This document shows positions 48,190 through 63,254 of a DNA stretch of 64,000 bases, piece after piece. Each line of letters opens with the position of its first letter. The first letter of the stretch is position 1. A model generated the notes under the pieces. It was not told the origin of the DNA and did not search any database. It worked only from the letters and a program-made list of their open reading frames with translations. This DNA comes from Lama glama (Eukaryota): NCBI GenBank assembly GCA_028534125.1, contig CM052816.1, positions 81,222,001 to 81,286,000 of the forward strand. Direction: 5' to 3'. The translations under genes and the position numbers were made by a program.

Positions 48190-51099
48190 AAATCATGCTA
48201 AATATTCCAGGTAAACCAAGTGCACATAAATGAATACAGCATTTATTCCCTTGTACCCTTGCCCCTTTAACAGAAGTTTTCATTCAGTTTCTGTGTCACT
48301 GAGGGAACTGGGCTGTGTGCCTGCGGTAGGTTAGGGTTTCAATTCTCTGAGCTTCAGGAGGTGGAGAACGGTTAAGGAAGTATGAATTTTTAGAAGCAGA
48401 GAGATGTGATGCTTTGCATGCAAATTTAGTTGGCTCCATTTTCTTGGGTTGTGGTTCCCGGTGAAACCATCAGCAAATCCTGGTTCATAACTGATTTCTA
48501 TTTTTTTTAATTCAGTATGATTCAAAAGGTAAACAAAAATTAATTTTTACATTTGAATGAAAGAGGGAAATTTTTATGGACAGCAAAATAGGACGACGGT
48601 GGCTTTCAAATGATAGGAAGGAGGAGTCATTCACACACATTTGCCTAGGATGGGAGTGGGGAATTGCTCCTTTTATAGAAAGTAAGTGAACTGCACTGGA
48701 GTATCTGCAGGTAGACCAGAAAGGGAGGCGGTTTGGGGAGCTGGGAGGAGGTAAGAAAGAATGAAGGAAATAGCTCAGTACCTGGGAAAGACCAGAGCTT
48801 GAGGAAGACAGCTAGTGAGAAATTTCTGGCGACCTGGAGGGGTTGGGGGGCTTTTAAGTGGTTCCCTGCATGTCATTGCACTGTTAACACCCTCCAATCT
48901 TTATTTCTTCCTAAACTTCAGAGAAAGATTTATACAAGCAGCAGGATATTATTTTGGAACATTATCCAATGTGGCTCCAGCTCCAAGCACTTCCTACATT
49001 CTGACCCCCTTCGCCCCCCCATCCCCATCATTCTACAAAGAAAAAGATGTCAGAACAGAGCAGTGGACCTGAGTCTTGGTTTGGGCTATTAAAGTCTTAG
49101 GATTCCAGGCATAAATTGTAGATTTTAAATAATATGTAATTAGTCAAATTTTATTCTTTCTGCCCCTACTCCCACCACCCTCGAGATTCTCCTTAGACTC
49201 CATACAAGGGGAAGGGAAAGTCAGAGAGAAAAGAAAGGAAATCTCTCCTCAGTGCCTTAGAGAAGCAGCTCTGCTCCAGCCCCCAGACCAGCCCTGGGGG
49301 AGGTCGTTAGGGAGTTTGGGGATCTGGGAGCAGAGCAAACCACTTCTGTGCTTTCCAGATGGGCATGCTCCCGGAGGTCCTCTGCACCCCACGGGTGCGA
49401 GTGGGGATGTCTGTGTGAAACATCAAGGATGGCAGGCCTATGGCAGTCTCGCTGAGCCCCGGGAGCCCTTGGGATGCTGCAGGGCTCAGCAGAATGTCTC
49501 CTCGCAGTAAGGACAAGGAGATCTCACCAGCCGTGCTCTGGAGAGTGGACAGGACAAAAGACATCTCAACAAGTACCAGGGCGAAGAAGTAAGAAGGACA
49601 AGAACCAGACAAGATGAGCTCTTCGCTGAAGACCGGCATGGACAGATGGGGGAAAATAGGCAACACCCCATCCCCGCCCTTGAAGCTCTGACACCCTCTA
49701 ATCCCACCCCACCCTTGCCCAGAATTTAAAGGAGAGAAAGAGAGAAGGGAAGAAATCATGGCTTTAACCTGAATTTGGCTACGATGAAGCTTTTGACTAG
49801 ATGGAACAGTCATCATTAAATACAATCATAGAAAAATTAGGAAAGTCACATTTCTCTTCAGTATGATTCTGTAGCGTGAGAGCCATACCTGTAACACACA
49901 AAGAGGCAAGAACAAGAAATAAGGAAGTGGGGCAGCGCTGTGTGCGAGGGATGGGGTGCGCACAGGGGGAGGTCAGTAGCCCCTCACTTAGGCTAAAACA
50001 GGGAAGCAGACCACAACACCAAATGACTAGATCTTAACTCCCTCCAGAAGATTTTTTGAAAACTAAAGGAAAATGCTGGAGGTCCCAACAGCACCCATTC
50101 CATTTGAATATTAAAGGATTTGTGGCATGGGATGCCTGGAGGTCATGGGGACACCTAGGATGGGGCCAACTGGATCTTGCATGCAAATGGGGAAACAAGT
50201 GACAGGGAGCCCTGGGCATCCCCCCCAGTGCAGTGATTCTGGAGAGCTGAGAGGGGAGAGGGTACATGTGTCGTAAAGAGTGTGGTAAGGAGAAAGCATC
50301 TATCTTCGCAGGTATGAGTTACGTTCCTTAGACATGGTGAAGTTAACAAAAGCTAAGGGAAAAAAGTCATGCTTCTCAGTCTTGGAAGGAGATGGGAAAG
50401 TAGTGTCCTGATCTCCCTTTCCCATTCTGCTAAGATACTGGAGAGTTAGGCCTAAGGACAGAGTGGGAAGGAACCACCTAGTGTTCTGTCGTCCCGGGTT
50501 TCAGTGGGACATAACAATTCAACTCAATGGGATGAAACAATCAAAAGCAAAGAGAGCAAAATTCCTCTGTCAGCAGCTGTAGGCAATGTTGGTCATCTGA
50601 AGCCCAGAATGGACAAGCTGGTATGAATGAGACAAGTGAAGGAAGGGCTGCATTTGCTGCTGGATGGGCAAGGTTATGACCTATTCACTAAAATTTCCTT
50701 CCATCACAACCACGCCGCTGCAGGCCTTGTATTTACCTGCTGGAATTAACTTTCATGGTACAGCATTAAAAGTTAATAATTTGTAATTCCAAAAGTTTAA
50801 TACTCCTTCTCACTCAAGTAATTATAAATAAACATGAATTACATGTAAGGTCATATGCAATGAGTAACAGGAATATATTGGAGGAAGCTATTTAAATACA
50901 AACTGCAAAGCATTTTTCCCCTAGGGTGACTTTTCTGAACTTGGTAGTAAAGCTATTCTTAGATCCAACTTTCATTAGAAATGCTATGTCACCTTTTATA
51001 GAATGCATTTTATAGTAGCAAAAATATATATACCATTTTAATTCACCTTACTATCCATACCTGATTTATTTAATGTTCTATAAAATAGTGTAATTAGTT

Positions 51100-51480
51100 T
51101 CTAGTAAATATGCTATAACTTACATCCAAATGAATGTTTTCCCCTTCAAAACTCATCTTGGAAGCTATATAATCATCACAGTGACTCTGACATTGGTCAA
51201 AGTTAACTTTTAGAACTCTGTTTTGAGAATAGCTGTCAGAGCTTGAGGCATGGTCTTTTATATGTCACTCAGGACAGGACTTCCTTAGCTTTTGAGGTCA
51301 ATTTATATTTGTACAGAGCAAAAAATTACTCAGATTCATGATCAGTAACATGAGCATTTAAGACACTCATAAAATGATATCATTATAGGGTCACTAATTG
51401 ACTCTAGTGGCAATTCACAAAAGAAACTTGCATGTAAATGTATTATCACTGTCTGAACAAGTGTGTAACCTTCGAAGAGG
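51100..51480. mobile_element. Mariner-like fossil (MARNA-like)
   Basis: cccttcaaaactcatcttggaagctatata...ttttagaactc...tcagagc. Confidence 0.45.
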
Positions 51481-52740
51481 GCAGACCATTTAGGTGTCAT
51501 AATGCTTAGGTGACCTTTTTTGGAGCGCTCAATACCATCACATGCATCCTACGTTGCTATGCCTATGACAGTCAATGGAACCAATATTAAAGTCTAATCC
51601 AAGCCTTCTGCTCTTTAGCTGGGGCCCAATGCTAGGGTTCACCTGGCTGGTTGACCATCACACCCCCGGGGGGCTATCCAGAAGCACAGCTTGAACTGTA
51701 TCAGCTGACAGGTTAGGCATAGCTATTGAACAGGCAATCAAATACTGTCATGGTCTCTGCTGAAGCAAGAACTCAGTCCACAAACAGCCCTGCAAAACCA
51801 CTTAACCAGAGACCTCAGGCTGAATGATGCCCTTGTTGAGAAACCCAAAAACCCCAATCTGGCAACACCTCAGAATACTGGAGTTCAAGATAGCTGTGTA
51901 GGATATCTGACTCTAGACCATCACAGAAACCAACTGTCCAGGGTCAAGATGACAATGTTACTTTATCTCATTCAGAACTACAGTCTTTTCACATCACTGT
52001 ATCTTCAGTAAATGTGTGTCGTTCAAAAGCAATCAGCTTATTACTTTCAGTTTCAAAATTTTGAGTATGATTAAGGAACCAAGACAGATGCATAGAGAGT
52101 ATAAGAAAGGAGAATTGCTGAAGAATTTGTTTAATAACTGTAACAATTGAAGTTCTTTTACAGAATACATTTTTTTAACTATCTGGGGAGAAGTCATTTG
52201 CCAATGATTTTTAAACCATTTAAAATAACCTTTTAAATAGCCTTTTAATAGAGGAAGATTATTCATTCATATTTTTCATCAAATATAACTAAAACAGAGC
52301 TGATGTTGCTGATTTCTTCACTTTGCTACGTCCCTCTGTGTGTAGGTCCATGTTTCCCTTATTGGTTCTATATCTTAGTCTGACTTTATTAGACGTACTT
52401 CTACATGACTTTCCAAATCCAGCATTGCTGAGGATAGAAAGCCAACAATAGCCCAGGGGCTAGTGTGAAAGAACAAAACTAATTCCTGTGGTTGAGGCCT
52501 GATAATCTAGCAGAAGTTCCTGAGGGACAAGGATGCCCATACAAGGTGTTACTAAAAAAGCAGACCTTTTTAATAACAGAGATACCAGAATCTATACACC
52601 TATAAATCACCTACTATGTGCCAGGCACATTACACACCTTATCTCTGTGAGTGTTCACATCCACCCTGGGAGGATGGTATTTTATCCTGTTTATACAAAG
52701 AAAGGAACTACAGCCAGATTGCCAAAAGGAGTCACCCAAG

Positions 52741-53241
52741 TTAGTGGGTTGAGTTGTGTCCCCTCAAAAGATAAGTTCAAGGCCTAACCCCCAGTATCTG
52801 TGAATGTGCCAATTGGAAATAGGATCTTTGCACATGTAATCAAGTTAAGATAAGATCCTTCTCAACTAGGGTGAGCTGTAAATCCAATGACTGGTGCCTT
52901 ATAAGAGAAAGGAGAAGGAGATTTGAATATAGAGACATGGAGAAGAAAGCCTTGTGACAACAGAGGCAGAGATTGGAATAAAGCATTTACAAGTATAAAT
53001 AAATAATAAATAAATAAATAAATAAATAAATAAAACCACCAAGGATTGCTGGAAGTCCCCAGAAGCTGGAAGAGGCAAGGTAAGTTTCTTCTCTGAAGCC
53101 TTCAGAGGTAGCATGGCCCTGCCAGCTCTTTGACTTTGGATTTGGGGCCTGTAGTGCCTAGAACCATGAGAGAATAAATGTCTGTTGTTTTAAGCCACCC
53201 TGCTTATGTAATTTGCTTCGGCAGCCCTAGGACACTAAAGG
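52741..53241 (+). mobile_element. MaLR LTR (MLT1B/C-like) with (TAAA)n, inside a MIR
   Basis: gtgggttgagttgtgtcccctcaaaagata ... agaataaatgtctgttgttttaagccac...gcagccctagga. Confidence 0.8.
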
Positions 53242-53846
53242 ACCAGCATCAGGCAGTGGGTGAATAAGGATGCTGGAGTTTGATCTCAATTGTCTGCACC
53301 CCGAATGTCAAGCATTACCCATAGTCCGTGATATCAAGGAGGGTTTTTATTGCCACCTCGTTCCCAGAACTATTCAGGGCTGCTCCAGGCTTCATAAGCT
53401 GAATGTAAGTGCCAAGCTGGCTGAATTCAAGGTAAGAAGAGTAACAGGTGCCCAGACTCTGTGTTATTGTCACTCAGAATTGATACATGGGGAACTATAT
53501 AAAGTGACAGAAAGAATGCTAAACAACCAAGTCCAGAGACCGAAAGTGATATTGACCAGAAAAGGGGCAGGACCAGTCTTTTCACCTCTGTGGATCCCAG
53601 TTTCCTACTTTGTCAGCAGTCAGACTAAATACTTCATGTGATTCCAGACAACTGTAACCAGTTGGCGGGACCCACCATGGGCTGTTTTTATTTTCACTCT
53701 TGTTTCTTTGTTCAGACTGTATATTTTATTTTGATTGTTCTTTTTTTAAAAAAACGTTTTAGCATTGGATTGGTGACACCCACAATTAAAAGTTTCTTTC
53801 CGTAACTGTTCATTCTCAGGCATGAGGAGTTAAAATAATGAAACTA

Positions 53847-54257
53847 CAGGCATAACTTGTTTGCAGATACTTTGTTTCTTACAAACTGAAGGTTTGTGGC
53901 AACTCTGCATGGAGCAGGTCTATTGGTATCATTTTTTTCAACAGCATTTCCTCAGTTCATGTCTCTGTGTCACACACTTTGGTAATCCTCGCAATATTTC
54001 AAACCCTTCACCAGCAATTATGGCTCACTGAAGGTTCAGGTGGTTAGCCTTTTTTTAGCAGTAAAATATTTTTAATTAAGGTATGTACATTGTTTTTTCA
54101 GACATAATGCTGTTGCTACTTAATAGAATACAGTATAGTGTAAGCATAACTTTTATATGCACTGGGAAATCAAAATACTTATGACTCACTTAATGGCAAT
54201 ATTTACTTTATTGCCGTGGTCTGAAACTGAATTAGCAGTATCTCCAAGATATGCCTG
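53847..54257 (+). mobile_element. Internally deleted Tigger1
   Basis: TA|CAGGCATA ... TATGCCTG|TA TIRs; tacaaactgaaggtttgtggcaac. Confidence 0.85.
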
Positions 54258-56706
54258 TATTTCAATTTCGATGCAGTGCTCCTTTTAAGTTGACAGCAGG
54301 CCACACTTTTAAGGAAGGACCCAAGCCGGAACAATGCCCCGGTAGCCACAGCAGATGCAAAAGAGAACTGGGCTGTTTCGAAATAAGAGCAATGAACCAT
54401 CCCCAAAATACGTATAGCACAGTGATTAGCCTCTTGAAACCATCAACCGAGCAGAGTAATATAAATACTAAATTGGGCTGTTTTCCAGGACGACCTTTCT
54501 TTAAGAATGTAAGGTAGACAAAAACGCATCTGCTTCTGCCGCTGTAACTCTGAACAGAGTCAGGCAAACTCCCCCGGTGACACAGCCTGTTCAGTCCTAC
54601 AGGTGTCGAAAGTAGGCATCCTTAGCTAAGAAGAACTAGGCTATTTTCACTTTGACTTGCCCTTCTTCGTGTGTGCCCAAAACAGGGCTATTTTTAAAGT
54701 GTTCTGAAATAAAAGATTAACACAGCTGAGGAGCTTTCGAGGCACCGTCTTAAACCCTGCTTCCGTTTCTTCTCTTGCAGCTACACGGGCAAGGAAAGAG
54801 AAGGGCAGGGCAGGTGGGAGGAAGGTGGAAACTGGAGCCCTTCCTTCTGACATCCCTAGTGAATTCTCCCCAGACGTGGGGGAGGAGGAGAGCCCCACAG
54901 CCTCGAGACATCACAACAGCTTCCTTGTGTCATTTTAGATACACAGCCAGGATTATTATCAACATTATTATTGTTGTTATTTTTGTTTTTTTATTATTCT
55001 GGTGAGGGAGAATCTGATTTCCTGAGCTTAAATATAGGATGCCTGTGATTATACACACACACCCACCCCACATACATACTAAATAAGGCTATCAAATTGC
55101 TGCTGAATAAACAAGGAATGTTTCCCTACCACTGTAGCAGGTGTCAATGAAATTAATACATACTGAGAAAGTTCTATTAGCCGGATATTCTCAGCCATTT
55201 TGAGACCAAGGTTATTCATTCAAAAGATAATTAAAGTGACTGCTAATTGGGTATAAGTTCTCTTTGGGGTTAATTTCAGAACATTTCATGTTCAGGAAGT
55301 AGTGATGATTTCTGCACAACTTTATGAATGTACTAAAAACCACTGAACTGTACACTATAAAAGGGTGAATTTTATGGGATGTGAATTATATCTCAATGTT
55401 TTAAAAGATAATTAAGGAGTGGCTAGTATGTGCCAGAGTGCCTGTGCCAGGCGCTGGGTAAAAAACCACTAATACTTTGAGCCTCCTACTACATGTCAGA
55501 TCCAATGCAAAGTCCTATGTATGCATCCTTTTCTTTAATCTTTACAACCTCCCTAAAGGGAGGAAAGATCGGTACTTCATTTTACAGCTTAAGAAATGGA
55601 TTAAGAGAGTCTTTTGCTTAAAACCACACACGTAAAATTAGGTAGAATCACACAAAACTGCCATTTTGTAGGCTGCTCTTGTGTTCAAATGTCAGTTTCT
55701 CATGGCTCAAGGTAGTAAGTAGCTCTGCTGTCCAACTTCTTAATCGCACACATCAGAAAATCACTCTAGGGACATTACGCAGTAAAGAGCCGCAAGACGG
55801 TGAGAGCCAAGTGTCCTGAATGACAACATGAAAGGGCTTCACGTGAACCAGATGTGAGTTTCCACCATGTGAAGCCACAGGGAATCTGAGTTTCACCCAC
55901 CATGGCCCCAGCACCACTCATCCTAACCAGTGTACAGGTCCGCTGGACCCCAGAGCCTGGGCCCCTGCTCACTGGTAAGTTGCTTCCTTCATGTTGTTTA
56001 GAACCTGGTGAGAGACACGTGCACAATATGCTAGGGTACTAGAATCAAAGACAGAAATAAGTATGTTCCACGAGAGCAGAACCAATAGTGTGTCCTAGGA
56101 TTAACAAAGAGAGAGAACAGGAAAAGGAGTAGCTCCACCGAGGAAGGGGCTTATTCCTCTCACAAAGCACGCAGTCTGGAGGTAAGCAGACCAGGGCTGG
56201 AGCCCTGTCCCCACTAGGGACCCGAGGCATGTCTGCCTTTCACCTCCTCCACCCTTAGCATGTGGCATTCTGGGAAGAAGGGTAAGTCTGAGGATGAAGG
56301 AGCATGCCTGTTAAATTAACCCCCCTTTAAAGAGCTTTCCCTGAAGTCCCTCCCAGAAATGACCGTTGGCAAAAAAGTGTCAGTGGCTGCTTGTAGCCTC
56401 CAGGGAGGTTGTGAAATGTGATTATTTTTAAGGATAGTCACATTTATCACATTTTATACAAAATTAGAGCTCTGTAATGGAAAGTGGAAAATGAACAACT
56501 AAGGCTATCTGCCTTATATAGGAACAAAGTTCAAAGGCCTGGTAGACAAAATGTGAGCACCTGTCTACTACAGGGGTCAGCCAGGATTTGAAACCAGGTT
56601 TGACTGCTTCAAAACCAGTCTGCTCAAGCCCGGGGCTCTGCTGATTCCTGCATGCACTGTATGGTTTAGACAATCACATGCACTGTTTACTAAAATACAG
56701 GGATAG

Positions 56707-57201
56707 TGTATTGGTTTCCTCTTGCTGCTATAACAAATTACCACAAACTTGGTGGCTTAAAATAACACAGATTTATTCTCTTCCAGTTCTGGAGGCCAGA
56801 AGTCTGAAATCATTCTCTTTGAGCTAAAGTCAAGGTGTCGGCAGGGCGGTTTCCTTCTGGAGGCTCTGAGGGGAGGGCCTATTTCTCTGTCTTCCTCGCG
56901 TCTAGCTTCCAGAGGCTGCTCACAATCCTTGGCTCATCAGCCCCCCCCTCGAATCACTCCAACCTCTTGCTTCCATCATCACATCTCCTACTTCTGTAGT
57001 CAGATTTCCTTCTGCCTCCCTTTCACAGGGACACATGATCATATCTAGAGCCCATCTGGATAATCCCAGATAACCTCCCATCTCAGAATCCTAATTAACT
57101 TCATCACATCTGTAAGTCCTTTTTGCCACATAAGGTAAAATCCTCAGGCGCCAGGGATTAGGACATGGATCTCTTTGGTAGGCATTATCTAGCCTGCCAC
57201 A
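56707..57201 (-). mobile_element. MaLR LTR (MLT1C/E-like), 5-bp TSD gatag/aatag
   Basis: tgtattggtttcctcttgctgctataacaaattaccacaaacttggtggcttaa ... agcctgccaca. Confidence 0.85.
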
Positions 57202-57433
57202 AATAGTAAGTTAGAAAGCGCAAGAGAAAAAGGCTGACCACATTGGCAAATGCCTTGAATAAAGAACAAGCTGAGAACTGAGAATCCTTCTTCTGAGGGA
57301 TTCAGAAAATCAAAAGAGGCATACTGCTTAGATAGTCAGAAAGAGGAGTATAAATGATTTGGAAATGGAAAAATGAGAGAGACATCTTAGGGAATCAAGT
57401 AAAATAATCCCGGGCTAAGAACAGGCTGAGTTA

Positions 57434-58125
57434 GCTATTGACAATAGCCATGACATGGGAGGAAACTAAACGTCCACTGACAGATGACGGGATAAAGAAG
57501 ATGTTGTATGTGTGTATATATACATACCCATAGGAATACTACTCATCCATAAAAAAGAATATAATAATGCCATTTGCAGCAACATGGATGGACCTAGAGA
57601 TTATCATATTAAGTGAAGTAAGTCCGACAGAGAAAGACAAATATCACATGATATCACTGATATGTGGAATCTAAAGAAAAAATGACACAAATGAACTTAT
57701 TTGCAAAACAGAAATGGACTGACAGACATAGAAAACAAACTTATGGTTACCAAAGGGGAAAGTGAGGGGAGAGATAAATTAGGAATTTGGGATTAACATG
57801 TATACACTACCACATACAGAATAGGTAAAAAACAAGGTCCTACCATATAGCACTGGGAACTATATTCAATAGCTTATAATAACCTATAATGAAAAAGAAT
57901 ATATAGGAGTATATATACACACACACATACACACACACACACATATAAAACTGTATATATATATATATATATAACTGAATATATGTATATATAACTGATA
58001 CATAAGTATGTATGTATAAATATAAGTGCGTATATATGTATATAACTGAATCACTATGCTGTACACCAGAAACTAACACAACATTGTAAATCAACTGTAC
58101 TTCAATTCAAGAAAAAAAAAATAAT
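57434..58125 (+). mobile_element. L1 3' end with (TA)n/(CA)n microsatellites
   Basis: gccatttgcagcaacatggatggacctagagattatcatattaagtgaagtaag ... poly-A. Confidence 0.9.
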
Positions 58126-58319
58126 AATAGGCTAGGTCAGAGCTGGAAGGAAGGATTTGAGATCAAGAGACTTTGTGAGGGTTTATCTCCAAAACTGGGC
58201 AAAAGGAGATTCGAGATCACGCACGGTCCTGGGGATGTCTGCTGACAATGCTTTTGTGTCCTCCTGTGTCCTTCCAGTGATGCAAGACAGCTCCAGCCCC
58301 TCATGAAGGTTGGGGAACC

Positions 58320-58475
58320 TCAGGGCCAGGACTAGAGTAATGCAAGAGAGGTGCCTGGGGAACTCTCAGGCTGGGGCTGCCCCGAACCTGAACTTGCGGG
58401 ACCCTGAGCGGGAATGCCTCTGTGAAATTTTGTGCCCTGAGCACCTCACTTTCTCTTACCCTTGCCCCAGCTCCG
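58320..58475. mobile_element. MER45-like hAT MITE
   Basis: cagggccaggactagagt...aaattttgtgccctgagcacctcact. Confidence 0.55.
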
Positions 58476-59079
58476 GGAGCTTCTAGATAAGCAACGCTGG
58501 CTTAGGCCTTGCGGAGTACACCAAGGCCTACGTGATGCCAAGAAAGATTCTTTAAGCTACATACTTGATCCACCTTCCCCATCTTGACCCCTGGCAACAC
58601 TTTAATTTCTGAATCCAGACAATTTTGATGAAGCCAGACATCCCCTCACCCAAGGGAGCCCTCAAACAAACCTGGAAGTCTCCTGCCATTTGCTTTAAGT
58701 TAACATTCCTCAAAGTTCAAGTGCCTTAAAAAAAAAAAAAAAAAGTAAAAGAAGGCCCCTCCTGGTGGATTCCTCCCCGTACTGTGGCCTGCAGGACCCT
58801 CGAGCACGCACGGCTCATTTGTTGATCCAGTGGCAAAACAAAGCCTGTTGAAAAAGACTTGAGGGTTAAAGGTATCAAGGTCTAAATAGGAACAGTTGTT
58901 TTTATTTCTTTTAAAAACATGCAGCTTCTCCTGAGGAGGCTGTCTTGCAGAAAGGAGAAAGAGGGCCGAAAATGCAGAAGAAAGAGAGAAGCCAGGGATG
59001 TTTGTAATTACACTGTAAGTTCATGTTTCCCACAAGAATGGGGAAGAGGGACCACTCTGAAGGATTGCCGACTTGCTGT

Positions 59080-59300
59080 TGGGCAGGGCTTCTCACTCTG
59101 ACACTGTGGCATGTGGGGTCAGAGAATTCTCTGTTGGGGTGGTGGGGGGAGGCTGTTCTGTGTGTTACGGGAAGTTTACCCACTGGATGCCAAAGGCGTC
59201 CCTCCCCTAGTCACGACAACCAAAAAATGGCTTCAAATATTGTCAAATATCCCCTTCCAGGAGGTCAGGGGAAATGATCCCTATTTAAGAATTCCAATTT
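59080..59300 (+). mobile_element. MER20-like element
   Basis: cagggcttctcactctgacactgtggcatgtggggtcagagaattctctgtt...ctggatgcca...gacaaccaaaaa. Confidence 0.7.
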
Positions 59301-60708
59301 TGGGGAATTGTCACTGCTTCAGTTGACTTAATCAAAGTGACTTTCCCATTATGGGACATTCCTGTGAATTCTGAATGAGAAGAGAGGAGACAGCATTCTT
59401 TACGATGACAGATCACAGAACAGTAACTCATCATTCGAGTCCTTCTAAAATGATATCCAGAGGAATATTACAGCTGTTTATTTTATATATTACATGGGAG
59501 CTCTGACCTGGTGAAGGAGGAGGGAGTCAGGGGCCCTTGCTATACCCCACGGAGAATACCCACAGAAAACTTCCCAATACCACAGACACAAAAACTCACC
59601 TGCTAACGTTCCCTTAACCTGCCCTTCCTGTCTGCAAAATGATGTCAACTGCTACAACTAATAATCTTGTTCAATTTACAGTTCAGGGCATTTCACTGCA
59701 AATCATCATATAGGTGGCAATTTTTTTTAAGTGCTGAACTTCACATATATAGTAGGATATATATAATATTATAGTTAGATAGATAGATAGATAGACAGAC
59801 AGATAATATTGTTTGTGCGTGTGTGTGTATCACAATTTCATTCGCTACAGCAACCCAGCTATAAGATCTAGTTTTCTCTGAGTACCAAAGGTTATAGTAA
59901 AATAGTGTTCGTATAACTTTGAGTGCTTGGACACAGTCATCTCACTGCACACTCAAAGAAGGCAGGAAAGTGATTAGTGCCATTTCTTGTGTACCTGGCA
60001 TCTATGATGGTACAGGGATAATGGTCCCTTAACTGCCTTTGTCACTAAAAAGAACCTGTCAGGACTATCCCTCTCTGTAGCCCCTATGTCCTGTCTCATG
60101 GCTTTCAAGGTAATCGCATTGCTCAAAAGGAAGCCTAGACCAGCCAGCTCAGTCCACTCCCCGACTAATTCTAGCTGCATCTGCCGCTTTGCAGCTCCCT
60201 CCTCCCAGGAACATCAATTTCAATTGCTTTCAGCCAGGCCTCTGAGCATCCTTAAAGCACTTCCCCTGCTGTCTCCTATAAAGCTGGCTCAGTGATGAGC
60301 TCCATATAGAACAGAGATGGACCGCTGTTGCCTTGACTGTCTCCCCCATGAATAGGCCTGGGAGGAGGGCTGCTATCTGGCAGATTCCCCACGAGACCAG
60401 GAAAAACAAACAGCATCAGAAGAGTGAACAGACAGAAAGCTATATAATCGGGGGAAAGAACATGATAAAAAAAAAATCTCTTTCAAAGCAGGCTGCCGTA
60501 AAGACGCCTAGTCCTGTTTAAACTGGGGTATCGATGCGCAGTGTGCTTCCTTCCATGCCTCATGTTGGTTTTTCCTGCAGACTTGTCCTCAATGAGACCG
60601 AGCCTGAGAGCTAAGCCACCCCCATCAGCTGTAAATATCCTCCCTAACAGCAAATAACATCAAAGTATAGGGTGCACAGAGGCCGTTTATCTTTGGACTT
60701 CAGGGTAG

Positions 60709-61160
60709 TGGTGTTATTCAGGGTTCTCCTTTAAAGGAAGCAGAATCAATAGGGTATGTGTGTGTAGAGCGAGAGAGAGCAGGAGAGAGAGAAGGAGTAG
60801 TGAGAGAGAAAAAGAGAGAGAGATTGATTTATTTTAAGGAATTGGCTCACACAGTTGTGGGGGCTGGCAAGTCTGAAATCTGCAAGGCAGGCTAGAGACC
60901 CAGGGAAGAGCTGATGCTGCAGTCTTGAGCATAGAGGCAGATTCTCCTCTTGCTTGGGGAATTTCTGTCTTTGCCCTTAAGGCCTTCAACTGATTGGATG
61001 AGGCCTTCCCACATAATGGAAGATAATCCGCTGTACTCAAAGTCTACTGATTTAAATGTTAATCACATCCCCCCAAATAAATGCCTTTACAGCAACACCT
61101 AGACTGGTGTTTGACCTAAATATAGCCTAGCCAGGCTGACACATAAAACTGACCATCACT
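60709..61160 (-). mobile_element. ERVL LTR (MLT2-like)
   Basis: cagggttctcc...atttattttaaggaattggctcac...ttcaactgattggatgaggcc...gacacataaaactgaccatcac. Confidence 0.85.
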
Positions 61161-63254
61161 GCAGTTCTAAAATCCTACCTGGTGGAATAGGACTAGATTC
61201 AAGAGGACTTGAATCAGAGCTCAGGTACGGGTAACCACCTCTAGGGAGCCTCTCTGTTTTGGGCTGGACTTGGGGAACCCATGGGTAAATGGGAGGTTCT
61301 GCCTTCCACACGCCTTCTCCACTCCCATCTCATTCAAGCCTGCGCCACCACTCCAACTCCTGCTGGAGTGCCCCCGTTTCCTCCCCAAGTGATCATAACG
61401 CCTGTACAAACCCCTCCTGCATGAAGGCTTGCTGGGTTTTGTCACTCATTCAAAGTCAAGAGGGTCGGCTAGACCCTTCGAGTGGTCTAGACCAAAAATC
61501 ACTGCAGTGCCAAGGTGGGGAGCCAGGAGCTATTTTGGGATGAAGGGGCCTGGGTTGGGCTCACTAGCCAAGATAAGTGCAACGGCAGAAAGACCATTAT
61601 TCTGGGAGCAGGGCAACCTGGCCCCAGATTTGTCACTGACAAATATCGATTAAGCATTTTACATCTCTAGGTCTCAGTTTCCTTGTTTGTAAAATTATAG
61701 GGTTCAGTCCAGTGATCTGTATGGTCTATTTCAGCTCTAAGTTTCTTCGATTCCATTGGCCCATTGGCATGCGGGCTCTGACTGCCAGTCGCCCCACCCA
61801 GTCCATGGCCAAGCTGACCCATATTGTAGGAGAGAGCATTTTGGAAGTTTATTATTCATTTTTCTATCAGTTCATGTACGAATTCAATAAATGTGTGCCT
61901 ACCCTATGGATAAAAGTCTTCTACGGTATTATGACAGATACAAAGAAATGAAATACAGTATCCCTGCTTCAAGGAAACTAAAACCCAGCTGGAGACCGAT
62001 TCAGTTAGGATGTATTTGGCTGCAAATAACAGAATTCTTGACCCACAGTGGCTTCAGCCTTGTAGATCTTTGTTTCTCTGCAATAGCAAGAGGTTTGGAG
62101 GCTCACAGGTCCACGACTGGTTCTGGGGCTCAATGACACCTGGTGTCATCAAAGAGATAGCCTCTTTCTGAATATCCTTTTGGCTTCTTGTCCTTAGATT
62201 TGTCACCTCATGGTCACATGGTGGCTGCTACAACTCTAAGCTCTACATCTTCATGCCCCCGCTCCAAGAATGAAAGTAGAAGACATAAGGAAAAAAAGCT
62301 TTTTGCAATGATAGGCTTCAGTCTTTTTCTTAAAGGAAAAAAATTTTGCCAGGTGCCCAACAACCGACTTGCCCTTTATCTTCTCAGGGGGAATTGGGTC
62401 ACAAGCCCAGCCTTAGTCTAACCCTGAGGAAGGGAAGTGGGAGTCCATCAGGATTCATCTCTGGGTATTTCTATGATAACTGACCAAAGGAGGAAGAAAA
62501 TGGCTCACAGGGTGAAAATGTGCGTATCAGTTTAAGAATGGATCAACAATACACTTCTAGAATAAGCCAGAATCAGCCTTGTTGGTAGGCCGGCGTCCAG
62601 GTCCTGGTCTCCCACGTCTCCGTGTATCCATCTACATGACATTGGTTAGGACACAAGCAAAAGGCCTGGAGTCCTTTTTCTTTCCTCTGTAAAAGTAGCA
62701 ATGGATGGAGGGCATCTGGGTGAATTCTCCACTCCTTCCTACTTAAAAATAAATTCTGCTCTAGTTCTAGACACTGGGGTAAAAGTATATGATAGCAGAT
62801 AATTAATGAGTCAAATTTGGGCCCTGGCACTGTCTGTCCTTTATCTCCGAAGGCCAGGCCGGTCCCTCCAGCCCTGCAGCCTCATCCTCTGAATAATAAA
62901 GAGGCTTCAGAGTGAGAGGAAGCTCACTTAGGCTTTCAACTCTGGCCTGGAGACACTGGGGAAATCACTGGGGTGTCCCAGTTTCCTGCCGTCTAAGATG
63001 CCAGCAATCGTATCTACCTCACAGGGCTATTGAAAGGACTAAATGAAAGAAAACATACAAAGCACTTAGCACAGTGTTTGGCACATAGTATTTGCTTTAG
63101 AAATGTTGCAGTTAAAATTATGATCTTATTTCTCTAAATGGATTATAAGATTGAAGCAAAGACTGCGTTTACTAGCCTGTTTACATTCTTTCTTTCCTGA
63201 CAGCCCCCACTTCCCATCCACCTAGTTTGATATGTCAGATGTCATATGAATGAA

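Noticed and set aside
49307..49825. 172-aa minus-strand ORF and an exon-like plus-strand stretch
   Set aside because: No recognisable homology; stops in the plus frames; possibly an old LTR fragment
51480..52020. Unique-looking tract with a faint PABPC-like peptide (QKPTVQGQ)
   Set aside because: Match too short and no colinear support
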